Assembly (NCBI RefSeq): GCF_023276375.1
Contig: NZ_JALLPK010000001.1
Location: 3,721,391 to 3,785,390 of the forward strand
Direction: 5' to 3'
DNA: 64,000 nucleotides
DNA from: Halocatena marina
GTDB taxonomy: Archaea > Halobacteriota > Halobacteria > Halobacteriales > Haloarculaceae
Position numbers and translations under genes: made by a program. The notes under the pieces are model-generated. The model had not been told where the DNA came from and searched no databases. It was given only the letters and a program-made list of their open reading frames with translations. This document shows positions 30,400-39,045 of the stretch, piece by piece (positions within the stretch are counted from its first letter, which is position 1; each line of letters begins with the position of its first letter).

Positions 30400-30651
30400 A
30401 TGATTTTGCTTATGAGTGTCAGCGCCTCATCGGCAACGGAACTGACGGAGAAGCAACAACAAATCCTTCGATATCTCCGCGAGAACGCAGCGACGAAGAC
30501 GTACTTCAAATCACGCCTCATCGGAGAGGAACTCGATTTGAGCGCGAAGGAAGTAGGCGCAAACATGCGTACGATTCAGGAAGCAGCGTTTGATCTCACG
30601 ATCGAGAAGTGGGGATACTCATCCGGAACAACGTGGAAGGTCACGACCTAA
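30400..30651 (+). CDS. Small HTH-like hypothetical protein
   Basis: About 83 aa. LTEKQQQILRYLRENAATKTYFKSRLIGEELDLSAKEVGANMRTI looks like a wHTH. The start (ATG at 30400 or 30412) is uncertain. Confidence 0.4.
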   Translation: MILLMSVSASSATELTEKQQQILRYLRENAATKTYFKSRLIGEELDLSAKEVGANMRTIQEAAFDLTIEKWGYSSGTTWKVTT

Positions 30652-30706
30652 TCTTGAAGTTGCTCTCGATCAATGAGAACGTTCTACTGGTCACTCTAAG
30701 GATGGG

Positions 30707-31321
30707 TTACTGTGGGTCGTACCGGACCAGTGAATCGGCATCAGCAGCGAGTGCAATTGCGTCTGGCCCGAATGAATCGGCATAGCGCACAAGGAGGGTG
30801 AGTACAGTCTCAGGGCGCTCGACCGTATAGCCGTTGTTGCGAGATAACAATGCAGCCTCTTCAAGTTCCTTTGCGTATTTGCTTACTGTTGGCCGCGAGA
30901 CACCAAGGGTCTGGGCGAGATCGCTTGCACTCGTCTCTGGCTCCCGAAGAAGCGTGATAAACATCCCCCGTGCAGTCTCACGGCGAAGATAGCCGAGGGC
31001 TGTTTTCTCAAAGTCACTGAACCGGCGCGCTTGAACGTACCGCCGGTACTCGCCGTCACGGAAGCTTTCAATTGCTTTCGATTCGACGAGTCTGCGGAGA
31101 TGATGTTGTGTCTCGCCAGTCCCCAGCGATAGATCATCACGAACCTTCGAAAAGTGTGCACCAGGTGTCGTCGAGAGATACCCCACGATGGCATCGCGCG
31201 CGTTGCTTGAGGACCCGCTATCAACAAGCCGCGAGAGCGGACCCGCGGCTCCAAGTGCCGCAAACCGCCGAAGCGTCGCCCGCTTCTCCGTGTCAACTGT
31301 CTCTCCCGACTCACCAGTCAT
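30707..31321 (-). CDS. Winged helix-turn-helix transcriptional regulator (tandem wHTH, ArsR/IclR-N-like)
   Basis: Two wHTH units: AIVGYLSTTPGAHFSKVRDDLSLGTGETQHHLRRLVES and LLREPETSASDLAQTLGVSRPTVSKYAKELEEAALL. Confidence 0.6.
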   Translation of the reverse strand: MTGESGETVDTEKRATLRRFAALGAAGPLSRLVDSGSSSNARDAIVGYLSTTPGAHFSKVRDDLSLGTGETQHHLRRLVESKAIESFRDGEYRRYVQARRFSDFEKTALGYLRRETARGMFITLLREPETSASDLAQTLGVSRPTVSKYAKELEEAALLSRNNGYTVERPETVLTLLVRYADSFGPDAIALAADADSLVRYDPQ

Positions 31322-31382
31322 TACTTATCCGTAAGAACGCGGTGTGTAAAATATCTTTGTCGGTTCGTGATGCGTGATCGAC

Positions 31383-32618
31383 TCACTCGGTTTCCGTTTC
31401 GGGTTCGGATTCCGGTTCTGGTTCTGGTTCTGGTTCTGTCTGCCGATTATTCGATTCGGCTTCCGTATTTTCGGTGGTATTGGTGCCTGTCTGTCCTCCA
31501 CCATTGTCCATTTCTATTTCGGCATCCATCTCTTCGATCACTTCATCTGGATCTTTGATATCGATGGCATCCTGCCCTTCTTTGATTGCTTGTGCCTCCT
31601 GTTCCATCTCTTCGACGTCCATTTCTGCTGCGTTGTCGATTTGGCCGATGATCTGTTCGATGTCATCGATACCGATCAGTTCGCGGGTCTCCGCGTCGAA
31701 GTCGAGACTGTCGAGTGCTTGGCTGTCTGTCGCCTGGACATCGCTGCCAGTGAGGTGCTTGCCGTAGCGCCCGAGGAGTGACGTGAGTTCCTGTGGGAGC
31801 ACGTACGTGGTGGAGTCGCTCTGGCCGATCTCTGCGAGTGTTTCCATGCCTTTGTCGATGACAGCCCGTTCGCCCATCGATTGTGCCGACTTCGCTCGCA
31901 GCACTGTCGACACAGCGTCACCCTGTGCTTCCAAGATCTGTGCTTGCTTTTCACCCTGCGCGCGAATGATGTTCGACTGCTTGTCACCTTCTGCCGTCTC
32001 GACAGCACTGCGGCGTTCACCCTGCGCTTCGAGGATCATCGCGCGACGGCGGCGCTCTGCGGATGTCTGTTGCTCCATGGCCTGCTGGACGTCTTGGCTC
32101 GGGTTCACTTCACGAACCTCAACGCTTTCGACGCGGACACCCCACTCGTCGGTCGGCTCGTCGAGTTCCTTGCGGATGCGTGCGTTGATCTCCTGTCGCT
32201 TGTTCAGCGTGTCGTCGAGATCCATATCACCGAGCACAGCCCGAAGTGTTGTTTGGGCGAGATTCGACACTGCTCGCTTGTAATCATCGACTTCGAGAAA
32301 CGCCTTCCTCGCATTCATTACCTTGATGTAGACGACCGCATCCGCCGTCACGGGGGAATTGTCCCGCGTGATCGCTTCCTGACGGGGGACATCGAGCGTT
32401 TGTGTCCGCATGTCGAACGGGTATGTTGCCGAGACGAACGGTGGGACGAAGTTGATGCCAGGTTCGAGCAGCTTCCGGTACTCGCCGAACACCGTGAGTG
32501 CACGCTTTTCAGTCGCTTGAACGATCTCGACGGCTTGAGAGACCGCGAAGATAAGAATAAGCAGTACGACGAGACCGATTATCGACGCGATACCTACTTG
32601 CAACGGGAGGGCTAGCAT
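31383..32618 (-). CDS. SPFH/band 7 domain protein (stomatin/prohibitin homolog) with an acidic (EP)n C-terminal tail
   Basis: Start moved to MLALPLQVGIASIIGLVVLLILIF (N-terminal TM). SPFH core RALTVFGEYRKLLEPGINFVPPF...TRDNSPVTADAVVYIKV, then a coiled-coil region. The tail is TEPEPEPEPESEPETETE. Confidence 0.85.
   Translation of the reverse strand: MLALPLQVGIASIIGLVVLLILIFAVSQAVEIVQATEKRALTVFGEYRKLLEPGINFVPPFVSATYPFDMRTQTLDVPRQEAITRDNSPVTADAVVYIKVMNARKAFLEVDDYKRAVSNLAQTTLRAVLGDMDLDDTLNKRQEINARIRKELDEPTDEWGVRVESVEVREVNPSQDVQQAMEQQTSAERRRRAMILEAQGERRSAVETAEGDKQSNIIRAQGEKQAQILEAQGDAVSTVLRAKSAQSMGERAVIDKGMETLAEIGQSDSTTYVLPQELTSLLGRYGKHLTGSDVQATDSQALDSLDFDAETRELIGIDDIEQIIGQIDNAAEMDVEEMEQEAQAIKEGQDAIDIKDPDEVIEEMDAEIEMDNGGGQTGTNTTENTEAESNNRQTEPEPEPEPESEPETETE
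31389..31440. repeat. Hexanucleotide microsatellite (GGTTCT)n, with 4 perfect units plus degenerate flanking units, encoding the (EP)n tail of the SPFH protein
   Basis: The tract reads ggtttc cgtttc gggttc ggattc c ggttct ggttct ggttct ggttct. It lies in frame at the 3' end of CDS 31383..32618. Confidence 0.8.
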
Positions 32619-32753
32619 ACCATGACGTTGGCATACTGGTACTAAAAGCGTTTTTATCAGGAATAGTAGCTTTAAACTGCAACATTCCTCCATGTGTTTC
32701 GACCGCTGTCTTACCGATTCCAGTAACTAATAGCACGTTGCTCGGTGCTGTTG

Positions 32754-33326
32754 TTATGCTGTATCTGGCTCTCGTTCCTCGTTTCGGTATTCTTTGGCGA
32801 GTTCCCGATCGATGTCGTCTTCGATCGCTGAGAGTGCTTCGACAGTAATGACGTTCCCGCCACCGGGATCGAGGACCATAATCTCTTCACCAGCTGGAAT
32901 TTCACCATCGAGCGTCCGGGCCTGATAGTAAGGGTTGAACCCACCGTCTTCGAGTTTCACTTCGCCTCCCGACCGCGAGACGTCCTCCGTCACGTGTCCT
33001 GTCTTTCCCCGAAGTGCATCCGAATCACTGGTCCGACCGCTCCCTTTTCCACCATAAATATCAAATTCTCTATATGTGTAGAGAGATAGTCCGCCCGCGA
33101 TGAGGACGGTGAGCGCCATTCCGATCAATGTCGGGAACAGGGTAAGACCCAGACCGCTCAGTGCGATTCCGACGGCGCCAGCAATCAGTAGTGCGATGCC
33201 GATGACGATGAAGTGAGCTCCTGGAGCGAGGGCTTCGGCGATCATGAGCCCTGCTCCAGCGAGCAACAGTAGGACCGGTATCGGGAGCGTCAACCAATCG
33301 GCAATTTGGAGGACGATTGTATCCAT
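32754..33326 (-). CDS. NfeD family protein (short form; stomatin operon partner)
   Basis: Start moved to MDTIVLQIADWLTLPIPVLLLLAGAGLMI. Three TM helices, then a C-terminal beta-barrel (OB) domain (GKTGHVTEDVSRSGGEVKLEDGG...EIMVLDPGGGNVITVE). It sits immediately upstream of the SPFH gene. Confidence 0.8.
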   Translation of the reverse strand: MDTIVLQIADWLTLPIPVLLLLAGAGLMIAEALAPGAHFIVIGIALLIAGAVGIALSGLGLTLFPTLIGMALTVLIAGGLSLYTYREFDIYGGKGSGRTSDSDALRGKTGHVTEDVSRSGGEVKLEDGGFNPYYQARTLDGEIPAGEEIMVLDPGGGNVITVEALSAIEDDIDRELAKEYRNEEREPDTA

Positions 33327-33623
33327 GCGTGATGATTGGCCGTTCGATATGTTAACCCTTCGGGGGTGATGGTGCCGTGGTATTTTTTCGTTGCTCGCTG
33401 CTGGTGTTCTGTTCTCACGACGTGGGTTTGTCTCTCCTTCGTGACCGGTTACTGACAATGGCTGATCTGAAAAGCATCAGAGACGACCCGCTTGCTGTGA
33501 TCTAGTCTCAACTTCACAGACCGTCACACCACCGCAGTATTCGAGCGACTGGTGACGAACATCGTGGTTTCGAGAGTGACAGTCACCAGATCCCGCAACT
33601 CTACGCTGTGACACAGAGAGCAG

Positions 33624-33863
33624 TCACAGCACGCCAAGGAGCAATAACAGGACCGTAACCGTCACTATCGCTCCGAGCGCAACGAACGCCGCGTTTTCGG
33701 CAGACGGTGATCCCGGTTCCGGGTCCGCAGATCGAAGCCTTGCGATCTCGTCGTTGTACCCACCATTGGCTTCTACTTCGTCCTCGTTTTCGGTTCCGAC
33801 ATCATCGATGTCAAACCGCCACTCCCGTTCGTCGTCCATGCTTTTCATAGGCACTGTACGCAT
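33624..33863 (-). CDS. Small acidic protein with a C-terminal TM anchor, hypothetical
   Basis: MKSMDDEREWRFDIDDVGTENEDEVEANGG...AAFVALGAIVTVTVLLLLLGVL. Codon bias is acceptable and the locus is otherwise intergenic. Confidence 0.35.
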   Translation of the reverse strand: MRTVPMKSMDDEREWRFDIDDVGTENEDEVEANGGYNDEIARLRSADPEPGSPSAENAAFVALGAIVTVTVLLLLLGVL

Positions 33864-34034
33864 AAGTCGCTACCGAACAGATAGCAACATGCCACTTTGT
33901 TTCCCGCCGAACTGTCCGTAGCGCGTTCGATCGTCGCGTGCTCAGTGCGCTATTCAATCGATCTTTGAATGGCGTTTTCTCGGAACGAAGCTGATTGATG
34001 GATCACTCACTTCGACACAGCTCGTGGGTCTTGT

Positions 34035-36116
34035 TCACGTGATCTTCGTTCCAAGTGGTGCGTCGCCGTGGGTTGTGAGGAGATCTGCCTCCTCGCCGGC
34101 GGCGAGTACCATTCCATTGCTTTCGACGCCGAACAGCTCTGCTTTCTCCAAATTCGCAACGAGGACGACACGCGTTCCGGGGAGGTCGTCCACGTCGTGT
34201 AGCTGTCGCAGTCCAGCAACGACCTGACGTGTTTCGAGACCGATATCAACAGCGAGCTTTACGAGCTTGTCTGCCCCCTCGATCGGCTCGGCGGATTGAA
34301 TACGGCCGACCCGTAGATCGAGTGCCTGAAACTCCTCGAAGCCAATTCGTTCCTCAGAAAGCGGTTCGAGATCGACATCATCGTCAGTCTCTGAACCGTC
34401 ATCGGTGGGTGTTTCCGTCATTTCTTCGTGCTCGATTCGTTCGTCAAGACGCTCGTTCAGTGCTTCGATCCTGTCGTCTTCGATTTTCTCGAACAGTTCG
34501 GTCGGCTCGTCGAACCGTGCGGCTGGCGCTTCGAGCGCGTCGTCGAGCGTCGTGTTGTGAACTGATCCATCCTCGTTCAGTTGCGAGTAGAGCCGCGCTG
34601 CCGTAGCTGGGGCGGTCGGTTCGATGAGGACGGCAATTGCTTTCACCAGTTGGACGCAGTCCCGAATGACCTGAGCGGCTCGTTCTGGATCCTCATCTGT
34701 AAGCTTCCACGGCTCATTTCGTTGGATGTACTCGTTGCCAAAGCTCGCCACGTCAACCGCGGCCTGCGTGGCGTTTCGGATGGAGTACTCGTTGATGCTG
34801 GTCCGGAATGTCTCGATCGCGTCCTCGATCTGTTCGCGGACCTCATCGGAGACAGACACGTCTGGCGTCCCCTCGTAATTTCGGTACGCAAACAGCAGCG
34901 AGCGATAGACGAAGTTGCCGACGTTGCCGACGAGCTCGCCATTGACTCGTTGTTGGAAGCGTTCCCAAGCGAAATCGATGTCGTCCTGAATGCCACCGAC
35001 AGTCGTCAGGTAGTATCGCAGCAGATCGGGATCGAATCCCTCGTCGAGATACTCGTGGGCCCAGATAGCGCGGTTGCGACTGGTCGAGAACGCATCTCCA
35101 TCGAGGCTCATGAATCCGTGAGCGACGATCGCTCGCGGTTCGTTGTACTCAGCGACGTGGAGCATCGCTGGCCAGAAGACTGTGTGATGCTGGATAATGT
35201 CTCGCCCGATGATGTGGATGATCTCTCCATCTTGCTTCCACGGATCTTTCCAGTCGTAGACATCGCTTCCAACGCGCTCTGTGTACTGTTTGGTCGAGGC
35301 GATGTACTCGATCGGTGCATCCACCCAGACGTACAGGACGAGATCCTCTTCGCTGTTCGCGTCTGGATCTGTGTCCGGGTAGTCGATCCCCCACTCCATA
35401 TCGCGGGTAATACACCAGTCTAGTAGCTCCCCTTCGATCCATTCACGGGGCTGGTTGCGGGCGTTGCTGGTCCCTTCAAGACGGTCGATGAACGACTGAA
35501 GGTACGACTGGAGATCCGACAGTCGGAAGAATTTGTGCGTCCGCTCGCGGTATTCCGCCGGATTTCCTGTGAATGCACTATACGGGTCCTCGATCTCGCC
35601 GGGTTCGAGGTGGCGCTGGCACCCCTCATCACACTCGTCACCGCGTGCTTCGGCACCACAGTAGGGGCAGGTGCCGCGGACGAAGCGATCGGGGAGCGGC
35701 TGCTCTTCTTCGGGGTCCCACGCAACGAGCACCTCGTCTTCGTAGATGTAGCCCTCGTCTTCGAGCGTCTGGACAATCTCTTTGGTTAGTTCGGTGTTCG
35801 TCTCGTCGTGGGTGTGCCCGTAGTTGTCGAACTCGATGTTAAAGCGTGGAAACGTCTCCTCGTACTGCTCGTGTCGTCCGAGCGCCAGCTCCTCAGGCTC
35901 GACTCCCTGCTGGAGTGCTTGGACCGCGACCGGCGTTCCGTGCATATCGGTTCCACAGACGTAGGCAGTCTGTTGACCGAGCGTTCGCAGGGCACGCGTG
36001 AACACGTCGGCACCGACGTAGCCCCGCAGATGACCAATGTGCAAATCCCCCGTGGCGTACGGTAGTCCACAGGTCACTACCGCTGGCCGATTAGTTGGAA
36101 AGGTTTCGTGGCTCAT
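34035..36116 (-). CDS. metG: Methionine--tRNA ligase
   Basis: HIGH motif (LPYATGDLHIGHLRG), zinc knuckle CPYCGAEARGDECDEGC, KMSKS-like region, anticodon-binding domain and a C-terminal EMAP/tRNA-binding OB domain. The ATG start was verified in the sequence. Confidence 0.97.
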   Translation of the reverse strand: MSHETFPTNRPAVVTCGLPYATGDLHIGHLRGYVGADVFTRALRTLGQQTAYVCGTDMHGTPVAVQALQQGVEPEELALGRHEQYEETFPRFNIEFDNYGHTHDETNTELTKEIVQTLEDEGYIYEDEVLVAWDPEEEQPLPDRFVRGTCPYCGAEARGDECDEGCQRHLEPGEIEDPYSAFTGNPAEYRERTHKFFRLSDLQSYLQSFIDRLEGTSNARNQPREWIEGELLDWCITRDMEWGIDYPDTDPDANSEEDLVLYVWVDAPIEYIASTKQYTERVGSDVYDWKDPWKQDGEIIHIIGRDIIQHHTVFWPAMLHVAEYNEPRAIVAHGFMSLDGDAFSTSRNRAIWAHEYLDEGFDPDLLRYYLTTVGGIQDDIDFAWERFQQRVNGELVGNVGNFVYRSLLFAYRNYEGTPDVSVSDEVREQIEDAIETFRTSINEYSIRNATQAAVDVASFGNEYIQRNEPWKLTDEDPERAAQVIRDCVQLVKAIAVLIEPTAPATAARLYSQLNEDGSVHNTTLDDALEAPAARFDEPTELFEKIEDDRIEALNERLDERIEHEEMTETPTDDGSETDDDVDLEPLSEERIGFEEFQALDLRVGRIQSAEPIEGADKLVKLAVDIGLETRQVVAGLRQLHDVDDLPGTRVVLVANLEKAELFGVESNGMVLAAGEEADLLTTHGDAPLGTKIT

Positions 36117-36174
36117 ACGTGATGCTGCCTCCCAGCGGGTGTAAAACCGCCGATTGTTCGCTTTTGACTCCTTC

Positions 36175-36222
36175 GTTCGTGTTCGTGTCTATGTTCGTGT
36201 TCGTGTCCGTGTTCATGTTCGT
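36175..36222. repeat. Hexanucleotide microsatellite (GTTCGT)8, with variants GTCTAT, GTCCGT and GTTCAT, 60-110 nt upstream of the metG start
   Basis: The tract reads gttcgt gttcgt gtctat gttcgt gttcgt gtccgt gttcat gttcgt. The + strand ORF 36095..36379 (FVFVSMFVFVSVFMFV...) is an artefact of this repeat. Confidence 0.8.
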
Positions 36223-36532
36223 CGATGTGATTGTAGCGGTTGTCTTCGCTGTGCTCGTCGTTCGTTCACGTTCCGTGTCGAATTCTCACACCGAGCGAGA
36301 TCGTAATACGATCCACACAAACCGTATGACCGGCATCTCGGGGAGATCCACCGACACAACAGCAGCTACAGACGCATAGAACAGACCACAAGCGACCGCG
36401 CTGTAACCGTCACGTCAAGCTATCCGTTACGATCGAGTAAAAACCCTCGGACGCGTGTTATTGTTGCTCGCTGCCGGTGGTTCGGTACTACCAATTCTAC
36501 GCGCGTGAAGAGTGTGTGATTTGAAACGGCGT

Positions 36533-37024
36533 TCAAAAGAACAGGAAGACGATCTCGATGCCAGCGAGCCAGACGATCAATCGTCCCACGCTCCCGATGA
36601 ACGTCGCCACCGCGAACTTCGCGTAATCTTCTTCGAGCACGGTGAAGGCGTAGATCGAGAGTGTGTCCGGAAACCCCGGGATACAGAGCGCGAGTGCGAG
36701 CCCGATATACCCGTACTGTTGGGCGATAGCGACTGTCTTCCGCTGTGAGATTCCGACGACATCGATGCCAGTGCGGTTTAGTGCACGCATCACTGGTCCT
36801 GCCTTCTTGGCTTCATTACCGATCCGGAGCGCAAGCACGCTTCCGATCGATTTTCCGACACCGCTCACAACGACGATAAGGGCCATCGTCATCCACTTTG
36901 GGAGGCCGAGATCGAGCGGCGCGGCGAGAACGACCTCGCTTGGCAACGGGAGGATGATGGCAATGAGAAACGAATAAACGAAGATGATCAGCAACCCGAT
37001 TGGCCCGGTCGCCTGCTCCACCAT
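36533..37024 (-). CDS. DedA/TVP38-family membrane protein
   Basis: Start moved to MVEQATGPIGLLIIFVYSFLIAIILPLPSEVVLAAPLDLG. The SNARE-associated-Golgi/DedA core with its typical re-entrant helices is present. Confidence 0.65.
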   Translation of the reverse strand: MVEQATGPIGLLIIFVYSFLIAIILPLPSEVVLAAPLDLGLPKWMTMALIVVVSGVGKSIGSVLALRIGNEAKKAGPVMRALNRTGIDVVGISQRKTVAIAQQYGYIGLALALCIPGFPDTLSIYAFTVLEEDYAKFAVATFIGSVGRLIVWLAGIEIVFLFF

Positions 37025-37295
37025 CCGTTCAAGTCCCAAGAAGCCGCCCTGAAGAAATACAGCTTGGAACGCACAGAGGAACGGTGTGGAGGGATCCACG
37101 ATCACATGTGAAATTGTAGAAGGAAAACTCCTAAATGTTCCGAAATTGTTGAGTAACAAAACCATGCCGCAGTACTGCGGTTTTCGTTGATGAGGCTGCT
37201 GAGATCCCACCGAATCTGTTCCATTATCCTCTCTTTGGAACCGGAGTGCTGCTCAATGACGGACGCTTTATCGGGGTGGCGGTCACAGATGAACT

Positions 37296-37808
37296 ATGCA
37301 GGTCAAATCCCGTCACCATCTTCGCGGCGACGAGATACGGCGCATCGAAACGACGATCGAAAGATCACTCGGTGTCGCTCTCGATGCTGACAGCTACGAG
37401 CGCGTCGATTTCGACGATAGTGATACCGATCTCGTTCTCGTTGACGGTGATCCATTCATCGCGTACTTCGAGCAATCGGTCAGCTCCGAGGAAGATCACA
37501 CCGAATTATCACCGTTCCTCACCGTTCGTGGCGCGAACGCGTATCCACCACAGCAGCACGTAGTGACCGTCGACACCGGAGCCATCTCGTTCGTCTCGGA
37601 CGGCGCAGACGTGATGCGTCCTGGTATCGCTGCTGTCGATGACGGTATCGAGTCGGGCGATCTCGTCGCTATCAGCGAAGAGTCACACGGGAAAATCCTC
37701 GCCATCGGGCGGGCGCGGGTCAGCAGTGATGACCTCCTCGGAGACAGCGGTAAGGTCATCGACTCGCTCCACCACGTCGGAGACGAACTGTATCAAGTGA
37801 CGCTGTGA
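37296..37808 (+). CDS. PUA domain-containing RNA-binding protein (archaeal MCT-1/Tma20-like)
   Basis: 170 aa. The C-terminal 80 aa (VVTVDTGAISFVSDGADVMRPGI...GDLVAISEESHGKILAIGRARVSSDDL) are a PUA domain. Confidence 0.7.
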   Translation: MQVKSRHHLRGDEIRRIETTIERSLGVALDADSYERVDFDDSDTDLVLVDGDPFIAYFEQSVSSEEDHTELSPFLTVRGANAYPPQQHVVTVDTGAISFVSDGADVMRPGIAAVDDGIESGDLVAISEESHGKILAIGRARVSSDDLLGDSGKVIDSLHHVGDELYQVTL

Positions 37809-37860
37809 AACTCTCGATTTTCACTGATGCTGATAGAGCGTACAACTACTGGCTATCTAT

Positions 37861-38163
37861 TTAGACTAAATCACCAGGCAGCTCGTCGCTCTGGGATTCA
37901 AGGAGTTCCAACACTGGTCGTATCTCCTCGAACCGCGGTCCCTTCTCCACTTTGTTCGACTCGTATGTGATGAATTCGTTGTCGGTCAGCTTTGGGAGAT
38001 GAACGTGGTAGTCCTTTAGCGTGTACTGCTTTTCTCCGTTGGCTGACTGTGGTGAAACTACTTGGGGGTTGTGTTCGAGTAGGGCGAACAGCAACTGCCG
38101 TCGTCGACTATTCGACAATGCGTCGAATATCGCATCGGTGCTTGTAGTTTCGGTGTGTGACAT
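37861..38163 (-). CDS. Small HTH protein (haloarchaeal DUF7344/ArsR-like)
   Basis: Start moved to MSHTETTSTDAIFDALSNSRRRQLLFALLEHNP. The SNxRRRxLL motif is typical of haloarchaeal HTH_20-like domains. The surrounding segment is lower in GC. Confidence 0.5.
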   Translation of the reverse strand: MSHTETTSTDAIFDALSNSRRRQLLFALLEHNPQVVSPQSANGEKQYTLKDYHVHLPKLTDNEFITYESNKVEKGPRFEEIRPVLELLESQSDELPGDLV

Positions 38164-38229
38164 CAAAAATGGGTTTGACCTCGATAACAGTGAGAGTGAC
38201 TTCTGTATATACAACAGGCTTGATAGTCT

Positions 38230-38883
38230 TCACTGTGGCTGGTTCTCTGAACTGATCGAGGCGTTCGCTATGAGCCGTCGCATCCCGCGCCGAATTCGGG
38301 AACTAAGTGCCTGTTGTGTGATTTCGAGTTCGTCAGCGATGTCAGTGAGTGTTACGTCAGGGGGTGATTCGAAATAGCCACGCTCATACGCTAAGAGCAG
38401 GGCCTCTTGTTGCGTATCGGTTAGCTTTTTGGCTGCTTCCGGTTCGGTCAGCGCACTGACTGAAGTGATATCGATCGAGATATCATTACACTCACAATAT
38501 TCTTTGAACGTAGAGATACTATCCGCATCGTCGCCACGGATCTCGAACCGCCAACCGTCTTCAGTTCCGACTGCGCTGAGTAACACGATATCCGACTTGG
38601 CAAGTCCTGTCAAAATACCTTCATATTTCCTCACCCACTTACACTTCATGAGATGTCGTGATCCAAAAGTGTCGACAACTGTTATATTTCGCACTCCCGG
38701 ATGTTCTGAAAACTGTGCCACGATGTCGGCCATATTCATATCCTCAATCCAAAAGTATGGAACGACTCCCTCTGTTTTCGGGACGACGCGTTCGAGTTCT
38801 ACTGTAACATCTTCAACATTCTTAAAAATGGTCCCTAGTGGGAACTGGCCGGCGTTGACGGTAAACTCGACGATAGTGGCCAT
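38230..38883 (-). CDS. Bat-type HTH_10 domain transcriptional regulator (bacterio-opsin-activator-like C-terminal HTH)
   Basis: Start moved to MATIVEFTVNAGQFPLG. The C-terminus (LTDTQQEALLLAYERGYFESPPDVTLTDIADELEITQQALSSRIRRGMRRLI) is a canonical HTH_10. The gene is about 48% GC, well below the window average. Confidence 0.7.
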   Translation of the reverse strand: MATIVEFTVNAGQFPLGTIFKNVEDVTVELERVVPKTEGVVPYFWIEDMNMADIVAQFSEHPGVRNITVVDTFGSRHLMKCKWVRKYEGILTGLAKSDIVLLSAVGTEDGWRFEIRGDDADSISTFKEYCECNDISIDITSVSALTEPEAAKKLTDTQQEALLLAYERGYFESPPDVTLTDIADELEITQQALSSRIRRGMRRLIANASISSENQPQ

Positions 38884-39045
38884 AATACAACCTATGTGAT
38901 GAGCGGCAATGAGATTGTAGGTGAAGTGATTGTTACGGCGTACATCAACGTGTCTGGAATACGAATGGTGGTCGAATAACACCGCTGCTGAACGGATCGT
39001 TCACGCTGTTCTGTTCAGTGTGCGTCTGACCTCGCTCATCTTGAA

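Noticed and set aside
31881-32615. 244 aa + strand ORF opposite the SPFH gene
   Set aside because: Antisense shadow of the stomatin homolog.
34581-35423. 280 aa + strand ORF inside metG
   Set aside because: Antisense shadow of methionyl-tRNA synthetase.
36095-36379. 94 aa + strand ORF with an FVFVSMFVFV repeat
   Set aside because: It is generated by the (GTTCGT)n microsatellite. It overlaps the metG start and has no codon-bias support.
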